Origin: Eledone cirrhosa
Taxonomy: Eukaryota
Direction: 5' to 3'
Assembly (NCBI GenBank): GCA_964016885.1
Contig: OZ024756.1
Location: 31,496,001-31,560,000, forward strand
Length of the DNA stretch: 64,000 bases
The notes beneath the pieces were generated by a model. The model was given only the letters and a program-made list of their open reading frames with translations. It searched no databases and was not told the origin of the DNA. The position numbers and the translations under genes were made by a program. Each line of letters starts with the position of its first letter. Within the stretch, counting starts at the first letter, position 1. Positions 28,419-40,750 of the stretch are shown here, piece after piece.

Positions 28419-28711
28419 AACATATATATATGTGTGTGTGTGCGTATATACATCCCCCCATATATAGAAGCATGTTAAGACATTTATTAATTTTATACGT
28501 GAAAAATAATTTGAGTGTTATTGAACCGTTATATATGAAAGACTAAGAGGAGGTGCTCATATTTTAGTATATAGATTTTTGATTTGTTATTTAGCAATAC
28601 GAGAACAAAAAAGATAAAATATTTATTTATATTTTTCTAACAATCTTCCATCTTAATCTTATGTAAGAACATTTGTTCAATGAAGCACTTAATAATAACA
28701 ATAATACTAAT

Positions 28712-28835
28712 AATTGTTTCTACTTTTGGCACAAGGCCAGCAATTATCCCAGTGTATTACTGGTACTTTATTCTATCGACCCCGTAAGGATGAAAGACAA
28801 AGTTAACATCGGCGGGATTTGAACTCAGTCCGTAA
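28712..28835 (-). mobile_element. Meta-domain SINE, 5'-truncated
   Basis: B box, Meta core and 3' end with ATT tail. Confidence 0.82.
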
Positions 28836-28872
28836 CAAGAAGAAGAAGAAGAAGAAGAAGAAGAAGAAGAAG

Positions 28873-28903
<31 letters not shown>

Positions 28904-28981
28904 TAGTTACGTAACTAAACTCCTGATATATGTATATATATATGATATATGTATATATATATGTATATATATATGTATATA

Positions 28982-29119
<138 letters not shown>

Positions 29120-29165
29120 GTGTGTCTGTGTCTGTGTATTCATATATATATGTATATATGTATAA

Positions 29166-29206
<41 letters not shown>

Positions 29207-29693
29207 TATTTTATTTTTTTATTTTAAATAGAGGTGTGACACACGAGTTGTGATATATTTGTAAAAAGGAAAAGACAATGCTGACAATTAGAAGTAGAAG
29301 TCACGTGAATGTTTAAATTGATTTTAGCGCGAATTCGCGTGACTTCTACCGACCAATCAAAATTGTTTTGACTACAAGAATTTTTGCAACACGAATTGGT
29401 GCGAAATTTATAGTGCTTATTCGCGTGACATTCAACAACCAACCAAATATTAATACCTCCCAAGCCACTTTCATCACATAAAACAGGAAGAATGTTATAA
29501 CTTATCAGATTAGAGCAAAAATCACGAGCACTCTATCTCAAAATTATTTTTGAAAAGCATAAGAAATGCGCAACCGATAAAAACTTAAAACTAAAACTGA
29601 ATACTAACTAATACTTATTACTAATTTATACTTATTCCTAATTAAACTATTTATCACTGGGAAAAATATGGCAGCATTTTCTTTTCCTTTTTA

Positions 29694-29771
<78 letters not shown>

Positions 29772-30342
29772 CAATATAAATATAAAAAAGAAGGAATTTA
29801 TGTGTAGAGAAATACATAGATCAATAAAATATTTACTGCTAGTTTGCAAGATAAATGAGTATAAGAAGAAGAAAAAATGGAATTATCTTGGAAAAGTTGG
29901 GCAGCTGAACTAAATCAGATGCTAGTAAGAATTGCCATCTGCGAGAATTTAAATGAATTATGAGGAGGTAAATTGACATAATTTATTTATACCTGAAATT
30001 AAAGAATACTTGTATGGCTTAGATGTTTGAATTATATGAGTCCAATGCTAATGCTAAGAACCAGATTCCATGCGAATGTAATTATTGTAAAGTTATATAA
30101 TATTGGTAGCTAGTAGTATTAATTCAATATGTATGGAAGTTGATAAGGACTAGAATTTCTTGGCAGTGTTTTCATGGAAGACGACATAGAATTAAGCGTG
30201 CGTGTGTGAAAGGATGAGTGCAAATACTTCAAAACAAAGATAATATGAAGATCCGAATGGTTAAAAGGGCGGTTGCATGGGATGTGAATGCGCTATTGGG
30301 GTATATGCTGGTATATAAAATTAGTGCAATTATATATCTGTG

Positions 30343-30410
<68 letters not shown>

Positions 30411-30545
30411 TGTGTGCGTATATATATATATATATATATATTATGAGAACAGATTAAAGTTTAAACAAAGAATCGCTGCTTTCACCCTTAAAGGGGTCTC
30501 CTGAAACTTATCGAGTCTTCGTATTTTAGTGTTCACATTTACTAT

Positions 30546-30579
<34 letters not shown>

Positions 30580-30646
30580 AAGGTTAAGCAAATAATGAAA
30601 AAGTTTCAAAATAAATTTTAAAAAATTGACTTTACCTACTATAGTT

Positions 30647-30729
30647 ACCTTTACCGATCGGTTTCGAATCCCAAAAATAAACGGAGACCATACGGCCTTC
30701 GTTGCAAAGAAAGATTCTCGTCAGAAGGT
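30647..30729 (-). ncRNA. Type I hammerhead ribozyme, copy 1
   Basis: ACCUU-CUGACGA-GAAUC...GAUUC-GAAA-CC-GAUC-GG-UA/AAGGU; predicted cleavage between 30652 and 30651. Confidence 0.88.
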
Positions 30730-31131
30730 TCTTTTCATTCGAAGAATATAAAATTCTTGAATTTAAATTACGAACTAGCGCTATCCAAAACTGTTCCTGA
30801 GATGAGAGTGAATGAAGTGGAATCAATTTTTTCAAGGGCCGAAGTAAAGATAGAGGCAGAGGGAGGTAGGTCAAACCGGCCGCAACTATCACTAGCAGCA
30901 GTCGGAACGACCCAATTTGTCTCTCAACAATAGAGGAGAGTAGTAATAATAGGATATGTGTTCCTTCACGCACAAGGCGCTAAGGGACGCATGTATTGTC
31001 CAACCAAATGCCAATGTGGTTCAATGGCAGGTTAATAAATTAACGAGCCAGAACATATATAAACAAGGTTAAGCAAATAATGAAAAAGTTTCAAAATAAA
31101 TTTTAAAAAATTGACTTTACCTACTATAGTT

Positions 31132-31214
31132 ACCTTTACCGATCGGTTTCGAATCCCAAAAATAAACGGAGACCATACGGCCTTCGTTGCAAAGAAAGAT
31201 TCTCGTCAGAAGGT
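31132..31214 (-). ncRNA. Type I hammerhead ribozyme, copy 2
   Basis: Same sequence as copy 1 (+485). Confidence 0.88.
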
Positions 31215-31616
31215 TCTTTTCATTCGAAGAATATAAAATTCTTGAATTTAAATTACGAACTAGCGCTATCCAAAACTGTTCCTGAGATGAGAGTGAATGA
31301 AGTGGAATCAATTTTTTCAAGGGCCGAAGTAAAGATAGAGGCAGAGGGAGGTAGGTCAAACCGGCCGCAACTATCACTAGCAGCAGTCGGAACGACCCAA
31401 TTTGTCTCTCAACAATAGAGGAGAGTAGTAATAATAGGATATGTGTTCCTTCACGCACAAGGCGCTAAGGGACGCATGTATTGTCCAACCAAATGCCAAT
31501 GTGGTTCAATGGCAGGTTAATAAATTAACGAGCCAGAACATATATAAACAAGGTTAAGCAAATAATGAAAAAGTTTCAAAATAAATTTTAAAAAATTGAC
31601 TTTACCTACTATAGTT

Positions 31617-31699
31617 ACCTTTACCGATCGGTTTCGAATCCCAAAAATAAACGGAGACCATACGGCCTTCGTTGCAAAGAAAGATTCTCGTCAGAAGGT
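31617..31699 (-). ncRNA. Type I hammerhead ribozyme, copy 3
   Basis: Same sequence as copy 1 (+970). Confidence 0.88.
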
Positions 31700-32101
31700 T
31701 CTTTTCATTCGAAGAATATAAAATTCTTGAATTTAAATTACGAACTAGCGCTATCCAAAACTGTTCCTGAGATGAGAGTGAATGAAGTGGAATCAATTTT
31801 TTCAAGGGCCGAAGTAAAGATAGAGGCAGAGGGAGGTAGGTCAAACCGGCCGCAACTATCACTAGCAGCAGTCGGAACGACCCAATTTGTCTCTCAACAA
31901 TAGAGGAGAGTAGTAATAATAGGATATGTGTTCCTTCACGCACAAGGCGCTAAGGGACGCATGTATTGTCCAACCAAATGCCAATGTGGTTCAATGGCAG
32001 GTTAATAAATTAACGAGCCGGAACATATATAAACAAGGTTAAGCAAATAATGAAAAAGTTTCAAAATAAATTTTAAAAAATTGACTTTACCTACTATAGT
32101 T

Positions 32102-32184
32102 ACCTTTACCGATCGGTTTCGAATCCCAAAAATAAACGGAGACCATACGGCCTTCGTTGCAAAGAAAGATTCTCGTCAGAAGGT
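32102..32184 (-). ncRNA. Type I hammerhead ribozyme, copy 4
   Basis: Same sequence as copy 1 (+1455). Confidence 0.88.
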
Positions 32185-32586
32185 TCTTTTCATTCGAAGA
32201 ATATAAAATTCTTGAATTTAAATTACGAACTAGCGCTATCCAAAACTGTTCCTGAGATGAGAGTGAATGAAGTGGAATCAATTTTTTCAAGGGCCGAAGT
32301 AAAGATAGAGGCAGAGGGAGGTAGGTCAAACCGGCCGCAACTATCACTAGCAGCAGTCGGAACGACCCAATTTGTCTCTCAACAATAGAGGAGAGTAGTA
32401 ATAATAGGATATGTGTTCCTTCACGCACAAGGCGCTAAGGGACGCATGTATTGTCCAACCAAATGCCAATGTGGTTCAATGGCAGGTTAATAAATTAACG
32501 AGCCAGAACATATATAAACAAGGTTAAGCAAATAATGAAAAAGTTTCAAAATAAATTTTAAAAAATTGACTTTACCTACTATAGTT

Positions 32587-32669
32587 ACCTTTACCGATCG
32601 GTTTCGAATCCCAAAAATAAACGGAGACCATACGGCCTTCGTTGCAAAGAAAGATTCTCGTCAGAAGGT
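32587..32669 (-). ncRNA. Type I hammerhead ribozyme, copy 5
   Basis: Same sequence as copy 1 (+1940). Confidence 0.88.
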
Positions 32670-33071
32670 TCTTTTCATTCGAAGAATATAAAATTCTTGA
32701 ATTTAAATTACGAACTAGCGCTATCCAAAACTGTTCCTGAGATGAGAGTGAATGAAGTGGAATCAATTTTTTCAAGGGCCGAAGTAAAGATAGAGGCAGA
32801 GGGAGGTAGGTCAAACCGGCCGCAACTATCACTAGCAGCAGTCGGAACGACCCAATTTGTCTCTCAACAATAGAGGAGAGTAGTAATAATAGGATATGTG
32901 TTCCTTCACGCACAAGGCGCTAAGGGACGCATGTATTGTCCAACCAAATGCCAATGTGGTTCAATGGCAGGTTAATAAATTAACGAGCCAGAACATATAT
33001 AAACAAGGTTAAGCAAATAATGAAAAAGTTTCAAAATAAATTTTAAAAAATTGACTTTACCTACTATAGTT

Positions 33072-33154
33072 ACCTTTACCGATCGGTTTCGAATCCCAAA
33101 AATAAACGGAGACCATACGGCCTTCGTTGCAAAGAAAGATTCTCGTCAGAAGGT
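33072..33154 (-). ncRNA. Type I hammerhead ribozyme, copy 6
   Basis: Same sequence as copy 1 (+2425). Confidence 0.88.
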
Positions 33155-33556
33155 TCTTTTCATTCGAAGAATATAAAATTCTTGAATTTAAATTACGAAC
33201 TAGCGCTATCCAAAACTGTTCCTGAGATGAGAGTGAATGAAGTGGAATCAATTTTTTCAAGGGCCGAAGTAAAGATAGAGGCAGAGGGAGGTAGGTCAAA
33301 CCGGCCGCAACTATCACTAGCAGCAGTCGGAACGACCCAATTTGTCTCTCAACAATAGAGGAGAGTAGTAATAATAGGATATGTGTTCCTTCACGCACAA
33401 GGCGCTAAGGGACGCATGTATTGTCCAACCAAATGCCAATGTGGTTCAATGGCAGGTTAATAAATTAACGAGCCAGAACATATATAAACAAGGTTAAGCA
33501 AATAATGAAAAAGTTTCAAAATAAATTTTAAAAAATTGACTTTACCTACTATAGTT

Positions 33557-33639
33557 ACCTTTACCGATCGGTTTCGAATCCCAAAAATAAACGGAGACCA
33601 TACGGCCTTCGTTGCAAAGAAAGATTCTCGTCAGAAGGT
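33557..33639 (-). ncRNA. Type I hammerhead ribozyme, copy 7 (in the partial unit)
   Basis: Same sequence as copy 1 (+2910). Confidence 0.88.
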
Positions 33640-33667
33640 TCTTTTCATTCGAAGAATATAAAATTCT

Positions 33668-33719
<52 letters not shown>

Positions 33720-34264
33720 TATGTTACTGACGATCGACAGAAAAGTGTATTCAATACCAAGGTAGAGTTTAAATACTAATTTTATTAGGGCTAAATAGTG
33801 ACTCTTATTGCTCTGAAGGCTCACTTTTAGCCCTAATAAAATGAAGACTCACATTTAGCCCTAATAAAATGAATATATATAAAATGTGTATGTGCCAACA
33901 AACATCGGATTTTTACGAAGCGTTGAGGGAATAAAACTAATATAAAGAATGGTGTGTTTATGCGCGAAGATGCTATAAAATATTGTATAAAATAGACTGG
34001 TGAGCCTTAAAGACCGAAATTGATGTTGACATTGGCCTCTATGAGGAATTGAACACCCGATTTATTGTTCTTCATGTTCTTGCTGTTGATGTCCAATGCT
34101 AGGTATGCCTTGATTCTAGATATAACAATCCCTCTGTTGATTTCAAGACGTTAGAAAGTGGTTTCAGGAGGACTTTTACTACTATTTCTAACAATTTCAA
34201 TTACCATATTGAGTCTGTTTCATATGAAGCTCAAGGGATATATTTTTTCCTATTGAATCTCTCT

Positions 34265-34410
34265 CTAATGCGGGTAAAATTCCCGAGATCCATGGACGAG
34301 TTCCCTCCAGCAGTTTCTGTCCCCCATCATAGCTGCCATGTCCTGCATCTCCAAGAGACCAGTGTCTGTCCTTAGGGCATCAACATATGTCAACCTTGGT
34401 CTCCCTCTTT
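34265..34410 (-). mobile_element. 3'-terminal fragment of an RTE-like LINE ORF
   Basis: Translation RGRPRLTYVDALRTDTG...AAMMGDRNCWRELV matches the RGRP...DR..WR C-terminal motif of RTE-type LINE ORFs. Confidence 0.7.
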
Positions 34411-34595
34411 GTTTACTCTCAAAGTATCGTTTATTCAATGGAATTAAAAACAAGGTCAATGTTGACATTATACGAAATCTGAAAGAGAAGTTCCATGATT
34501 GAGCGCAGCAAGCGTCGTGACTTCCGGCTTAATCTTTTAAAATCTACAAGGTTAAGAAAATCTATGCTTTAGAGCATATACACATGCACATACAC

Positions 34596-34711
<116 letters not shown>

Positions 34712-34728
34712 CAGGCATATATATATGC

Positions 34729-34786
<58 letters not shown>

Positions 34787-35486
34787 CATACATTTATTTA
34801 TATATATACACACACATATACATACATATATATATACATATATTGCATACATACGTATATATGTAAACATATATAATACACACGATTTTTAAACATTCTA
34901 CACCATACACATGTTATTTGTATGTATCGCCTCCCTATAACTAAATAGTAGAAATATCAAAGTTTAATACGTAATGGGTTTTTTTGTGTTTATATAAATG
35001 TGGGTATATAGATGTGTGCATGTTAGTGCGTATATGTGCGTATATGAGCGCATGCATGTGTATGTGAACGCGCATTTGTTTGTGCGTATGTTTGAGTGCG
35101 TGAATGTTTATGTGTGTGTATGCACTTTTCTATTTGTTCTAATATTTTGTCGTTTGATTGTAAGTTCACCATTTATATAATAGGGGAAAATGCATATATT
35201 TCTTTTTATTCTTCCCTTTCTCGAACATTCTTGATAAAAATTCCTTTAAAAAAAGACAGAACGCACCATATGGTATCTTCCTATAATACATTTCAAAAGA
35301 GTAGAATAAGAACAAACCAAACCTATATATATAGATATATATATATATATAGGTTTGGTTTGTGTATATATATATATGTATGTGTGTGTGTGTGTATGTA
35401 TTTGTATATATATATATGTAATTTATATATATATAGATATGTATATATATTATATATATATATATATGTATATATATATTATATTC

Positions 35487-35560
<74 letters not shown>

Positions 35561-36067
35561 TACAATTGCTGTAAAGTAAAGTCAGTTATAGTTCTCCAGT
35601 TGAGGCAAAGAATATTAAGCAGTTTTGGAATTAAGCATTTTGCCAAGAGAGAAAAAAATCGTTGCAGAGAATTCTTTTTTTTTTTTTTTTTTTTTTTTTA
35701 AGGGAAAGAAAAATAGATGGAAATAAATAAATGGCCCAAAAGAGGATTTAAAGAGTCAAATTTTAAAATATACTTAAGAGGAATTTAGAAATGGAATAAA
35801 GAAGAGAAAAATACTCAAGAGAAAATATTCTGAAAATAATTGCTATTTTTCCAATAGGAAAAAAGAATTCATTTAAAATAAGATATATTATTTTATTCAA
35901 ACTGGATGAATATAAAAAAAGAGGAAAGAATTGAATAAAAAAATTTGCTTTTCTTGACAATTCAGACACATATATACGCACATATACACACTGGGTTACA
36001 ATCAAAGCCATATTCTGGTACACAGAAAGACAAAAGAATATCTACGTGTATATATATATGTATACCT

Positions 36068-36140
36068 ACTCTACTCTACCCCAAGTATCGAGTACTCTCT
36101 TGCGTTATGGTCCACCCTGTATCTTACCACACCTTCTTTG

Positions 36141-36194
<54 letters not shown>

Positions 36195-36493
36195 TATGGT
36201 GTGGTAAAAACCAGGTAGAACATAACCCACTAGACTAGTTAGGATCTAGCTGTCGAAACGGCTAGACGGGGTTAGCCGTCGGGGTCCTGAATCTTTTCGA
36301 GTAGGACCCCGACGGCTGAGCTCAAGCCATTTCGACGGCTAATTCTGGACTTTTTTAGTCCAGAATTAGCCGTCGAAACGGCTTGAGCTCAGCCGTCGGG
36401 GTCCTACTCGTTTCTATTATCCACTCTACTACCCTAAGTATTGAGTACTTTGGTGCGTTATGGTCCACCTGGTTCCTTACCACATTTCCTCCG

Positions 36494-36497
<4 letters not shown>
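36068..36497. mobile_element. Cluster of fold-back, TA-inserted element fragments carrying a hammerhead 3' half (Penelope pLTR-like)
   Basis: 54-bp-arm hairpin 36298-36351/36357-36410; GAAA-CGGCT-loop-AGCCG-TC-GGGGTC; shared 3' end TTATGGTCCACCTGGTTCCTTACCACATTTCCTCCGTT-(TA)n. Confidence 0.7.
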
Positions 36498-36569
<72 letters not shown>

Positions 36570-37108
36570 AATGATCCTTTTTGGGTAATGTTTTCGATGC
36601 TCAGAGAGTAGGATTGGTTGAGTGCAAGGCCTTTTCGCACTTAAAACTTAAAAAACCTTCAAAGCACAGACATTGCTTGTTCAGGATATGTTACACGTTT
36701 GTGTGGCTGGCCGTAGGCTAAAATGCACCAAACTCTATAATCTGACAAGCGATTGCAATACTCTTAGCAGAGTTTGCAGGCATCATATGTGTGCGTGTGT
36801 GTTTGTGTATGTGTGTGTGTGAGTGTGTGTGTGTGTGTATGTGTGTGTGTGTGTGCATGTGTATGTGTGTGTCTGTTTTTATCTGTTTGCGTATGTGTGT
36901 ATGTTTATGCGTATGTGTGTGTGTCTGTTTCTGTCTCTGTGTATGTGTAAGCCTGTCTGTGTGCACGTGTGTGTATGTGTGGATTATCATTCAAAAGTAG
37001 TACAAACGACAACTGTTTAGAAGGGAATCAACACTAAAAGGTTCACGATGCAATTCTGACGATTGGGACGAGGAAACTGAGGTTAATTTTAATATTATTC
37101 CATACGTA

Positions 37109-37328
37109 GGCCCTTGTGGCAAATACAAAGAAATTATTATCATAAGGGTGGTTTGGCAATATCGGTCGGACGCCATGCTTTGCAGCGTAGAGTTACGGCC
37201 CTTTACGGTCTCAGTTCAAATCCCGCCAAGGTTAACTTTGCCTTTCATCCTTACAGGGTCGATAAAATAAAGTACCAGTAATGTACTGGGATAATTGCTG
37301 GCCTTGTGCCAAAAGTAGAAACAATTAT
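37109..37328 (+). mobile_element. Short Tx1-like 3' tip (37109-37135) followed by a full Meta-domain SINE (37145-37328)
   Basis: GGCCCTTGTGGCAAATACAAAGAAATTATTAT, then SINE head, Meta core and 3' end. Confidence 0.8.
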
Positions 37329-37895
37329 TCAACACGTTAACATGACTAGAACGAAAGAAAGAAAGATAGAATGAAAGAAAGAAAGAAAGAAAGAAAGAAC
37401 GAAAGAACGAAAGAAAGAAAGAAAAGGAGGAAACAAAGATGAAGTGTTTTTCAATAAATCTTTATTAAAATAAGATAAAATAAAAGAAGAGGAGGGGAAG
37501 AGAAAAATAAAAAGAGAAATGTCTAAGAGAGCAAAGGATTTGTTGTAAACCAACCTGATGTGTTTCTTATATGGAAAAAGATAATAAATGGTTGAAATTA
37601 TCCGCCATTTTGTATTTCTACATTTCACATTTCACCCCGTTACATAAGGGTACTAATACATAGTAATGTTATTTTTAGTTGTTGGTTGTATACTGCTGTA
37701 TGTTGTTGTTGTTGCATGTTGTTGTTGTTGCTGTTGTTGTTGTTGCTGTTGTTGTTGTCGTTGTTGTTGTTGAATGTTGTACATTGTTGTTGTTGTTGTT
37801 GTTTTTGTTAAGACTTTGAAACCAATTAGAGAAATAAATGAGCGTAGGAAATGAAAAAGAAATATACACACACATATATATATATCTCTGAGATG

Positions 37896-37933
<38 letters not shown>

Positions 37934-38014
37934 TGCCTGTATGTATATATATAGAGAGAGAGATACATACATACATGTCTGCATACACACACACACACAC
38001 AGACATAGACACAC

Positions 38015-38084
<70 letters not shown>

Positions 38085-38929
38085 TAAAACAGAAAACAAA
38101 AACAAAGCGAAGAGTGCAGTACAAAGTGTTAGTATTAGGTTCACGCTTGAGAGTGGGTGCATTTATATATAAGTATATATACATATATGTGTGTGTGTGT
38201 GATGTATTTATATACATACATACATACATACATACATACATACATACATACATACATACATACATACATACATACATACATACAGTAGTTATAAAACGTA
38301 TATGAAGAAAGACGGTATGATATGAAACTTTGACTTTCATAATACCTATTGATAATATGATAGAGAGCCGGTCAAAGGTCAATAATAGGAGATCAATTTG
38401 TAAATTATTACCAATAACTATTATACATGATAGTAGAAGCATTTTCTTCGGTGAAAACAAGGCGGGGAATAAACAGATACTCAGATTGGACTAACGGAAA
38501 TGTTTCCATTCGTCTTCCTATTGTGTTGTTCATATTATCTGTCTGATGCAACTCCAGGCAGAAGCGTCATCTCTTTTTCCGGTGACAAAACAAGTCGAGA
38601 TTTGAAATCTGAATACCCCAAGCCAGAACAGGTTCCCCAAGCTGGTAGCTTATTTATCGACTCTTTGAAAAGATGGATGAGGCAAAGTTAACCTCGGCGA
38701 AATTTGAACATAGACAGCAAAACATGCTATTAGACACTCAAACGATTTTAATTCTTAGCTTTGGGTTGCTCTGATCGATCGACAAGATCCCAGGCCACAT
38801 TCTCTAACCCTAACCCTAACCTCATTCACTTGCTGCATGGAGTGGACCTCGTCAAATCAGACCAAGGAGACAATGTTTCCGTTGGTCTTTCCATTGTTGA
38901 TACTATCTACCGGTGACAACTCTTGGCGG

Positions 38930-39052
38930 AAGGAGCAACGAGAAATAAAGTCTCTTGCTCAAGGACACAACGCATCACTCGGTCTGAGATTTGAACTCGC
39001 AACCTCATGATTGCGAAGCCAACTATCTAACTACTAAGCCATGAGCCTTCAC
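38930..39052 (-). mobile_element. tRNA-head CORE-type SINE (second family)
   Basis: Minus strand: TGGCTTAGTAG (A box), GAGTTCAAATC (B box), TGTGTCCTTGAGCAAGAGACTTTATTTC (CORE-like). Confidence 0.7.
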
Positions 39053-39519
39053 TAAGTACTTCGGGTGTTATAGGAGGGATATTTAGTTGTTATTTTAGCG
39101 ACTTCTTACATGGGGACTTCTAGGTTGGCTCATAATAGAGATAAAATATTGTTGATATTTACGCAACATTTATATAGAAATGGTTGCACATAATTTTCGA
39201 CTGATATGTGTCAACCTACTGGGATTTCAATGAATCATCTGATTCATATATACTTCCATTGCTTCTAGCTAAATATTACAGTATTATGCCATTGTTATTG
39301 TTTCCAATATAGCATCTAACTTCAATACAATGTTGATAGTAACCAACTCACCAGCGCCCACCTCCCAGCAAGATAACGTTAGATTGTTAGCTTTCGTGCA
39401 ATGAATAAAAATTAACACCAGCATTCAAACAACTACCAATACACGCAATGGTTAGTTATATATATGTGTGTATGTATGCATGTGTGTGTGCGTGAGTGTG
39501 TAGATGTTGAGAGAGACGC

Positions 39520-39587
<68 letters not shown>

Positions 39588-40492
39588 AGCATTATGTATA
39601 GAAGCATACATAAGCACACACATAAGCTCATATATATGTAGGCATGCATGTATGTCTTTTTGTTCATGCCGTGCCTGTAGCTTCTGTGTATATATGAATG
39701 AGTATTTATGCATGTATGTAAATACGTATGCGTGTGTGTAAGTACATGTATCTATGGATGGGTATATATATGTATATATGTGTGTGTATGTGTGTGTGTG
39801 TGTGTATGTGTGTGTGTGTGTGTGTATCTATGTATGTGTGGATTTATGTGTGTATATTTACATGTGAATGATAAATTTAATTCCTTCAACGCTAGAATCC
39901 CATCGTCTCCAAATATCAGCTAAATTAACTCAACTTTGTCAACAAATCTATGAGAAATAGCTCTATTCGCAGAAGCAGTATCAATTTCCGGTTCCATGTG
40001 ATAAATTCCTATTCACTTCCGGTATAATGGCGTCGACTGCTGGATTACAAATACTTAAAGGTTGATAGTAGCTCGCTTCTTGCTGCATTGGACTTGATCA
40101 TTTTAATTAAAAATGTTTCACTGAAATATACATTACTCAAATTTCAAACTTGTGAGGGTAAAGATTTGGTTTGCTTTTGTCCCTCTAGTTGGTCAAATTA
40201 TTTCCGAACATAGCTTTAATTTCATTTGTTTGGATATAACTTTACTAGGGCGAGCAAAGGCCAAACCCTTGTAAGTCATACATATCTTCAGATGAAATTT
40301 GTCTTTCACGTGGATATATCTATGACGGCAGTTCTGCTATATGAACAACTGAATAGTATTTTAAAAGCTGACTGACCAAAACTTAATTGACAAAAGGAGT
40401 GTTGGGGTGATGAGAGGTGATGAGAGAGTCAATGTAATCATCTGACTTCCTAGAAATAATAGCCCAAAGTATCATCATCAATAAAGATTGGT

Positions 40493-40615
40493 ATGCGTGT
40501 GGCTTAGTAGTTAGGGTGTTTGGCACACAATCACAAGGTCGTACGTTTGATTCATGGTGGTACGTAATGACTGAGAGCAAACGTCTTTATTTCACGTTGC
40601 TTCAGATCACTCCGT
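40493..40615 (+). mobile_element. tRNA-head CORE-type SINE (second family), degenerate
   Basis: GTGGCTTAGTAGTTAGGGTG...GAGCAAACGTCTTTATTTCACGTTGC. Confidence 0.6.
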
Positions 40616-40750
40616 AGATAGATTTTTATGTAGATGATGATGAGGATGATTTCAACATTGTTTTAACGGTTTTCTTATTTGTCTCATTCACTCATAAAGT
40701 TGGCTTTAAAACCATTGATAATTACATAATTCAGCAATGTTGGTATAGAG

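Larger units (their letters stand above)
30570..33669 (-). repeat. 485-bp tandem array (~6.4 units), candidate non-LTR retrozyme concatemer, inserted in (TA)n
   Basis: Exact 485-bp period (AAAC at 30576, 31061, 31546 and onward). The only difference I saw is A>G at 32020. (TA)n on both flanks; one hammerhead per unit. Confidence 0.9.

Noticed and set aside
30632-33398. Six identical 113-aa ORFs (MREGTHILLL...) as a tandem gene family
   Set aside because: Non-ATG start, no recognisable domain, and the predicted ribozyme cut lies inside the ORF; the identity simply reflects the repeat.
30570-33669. CRISPR array or 5S/tRNA/snRNA gene cluster
   Set aside because: No unique spacers and a eukaryotic context; I found no cloverleaf, 5S or snRNA motifs.
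33781-33872. Small inverted/direct repeat (TTTTATTAGGGCTAAA / TTTAGCCCTAATAAAA) beside the array
   Set aside because: Only 16-bp arms, separated from the array by a TA tract, with no evidence of linkage.
38805-38822. Interstitial telomeric (CCCTAA)3
   Set aside because: Too short to be meaningful.
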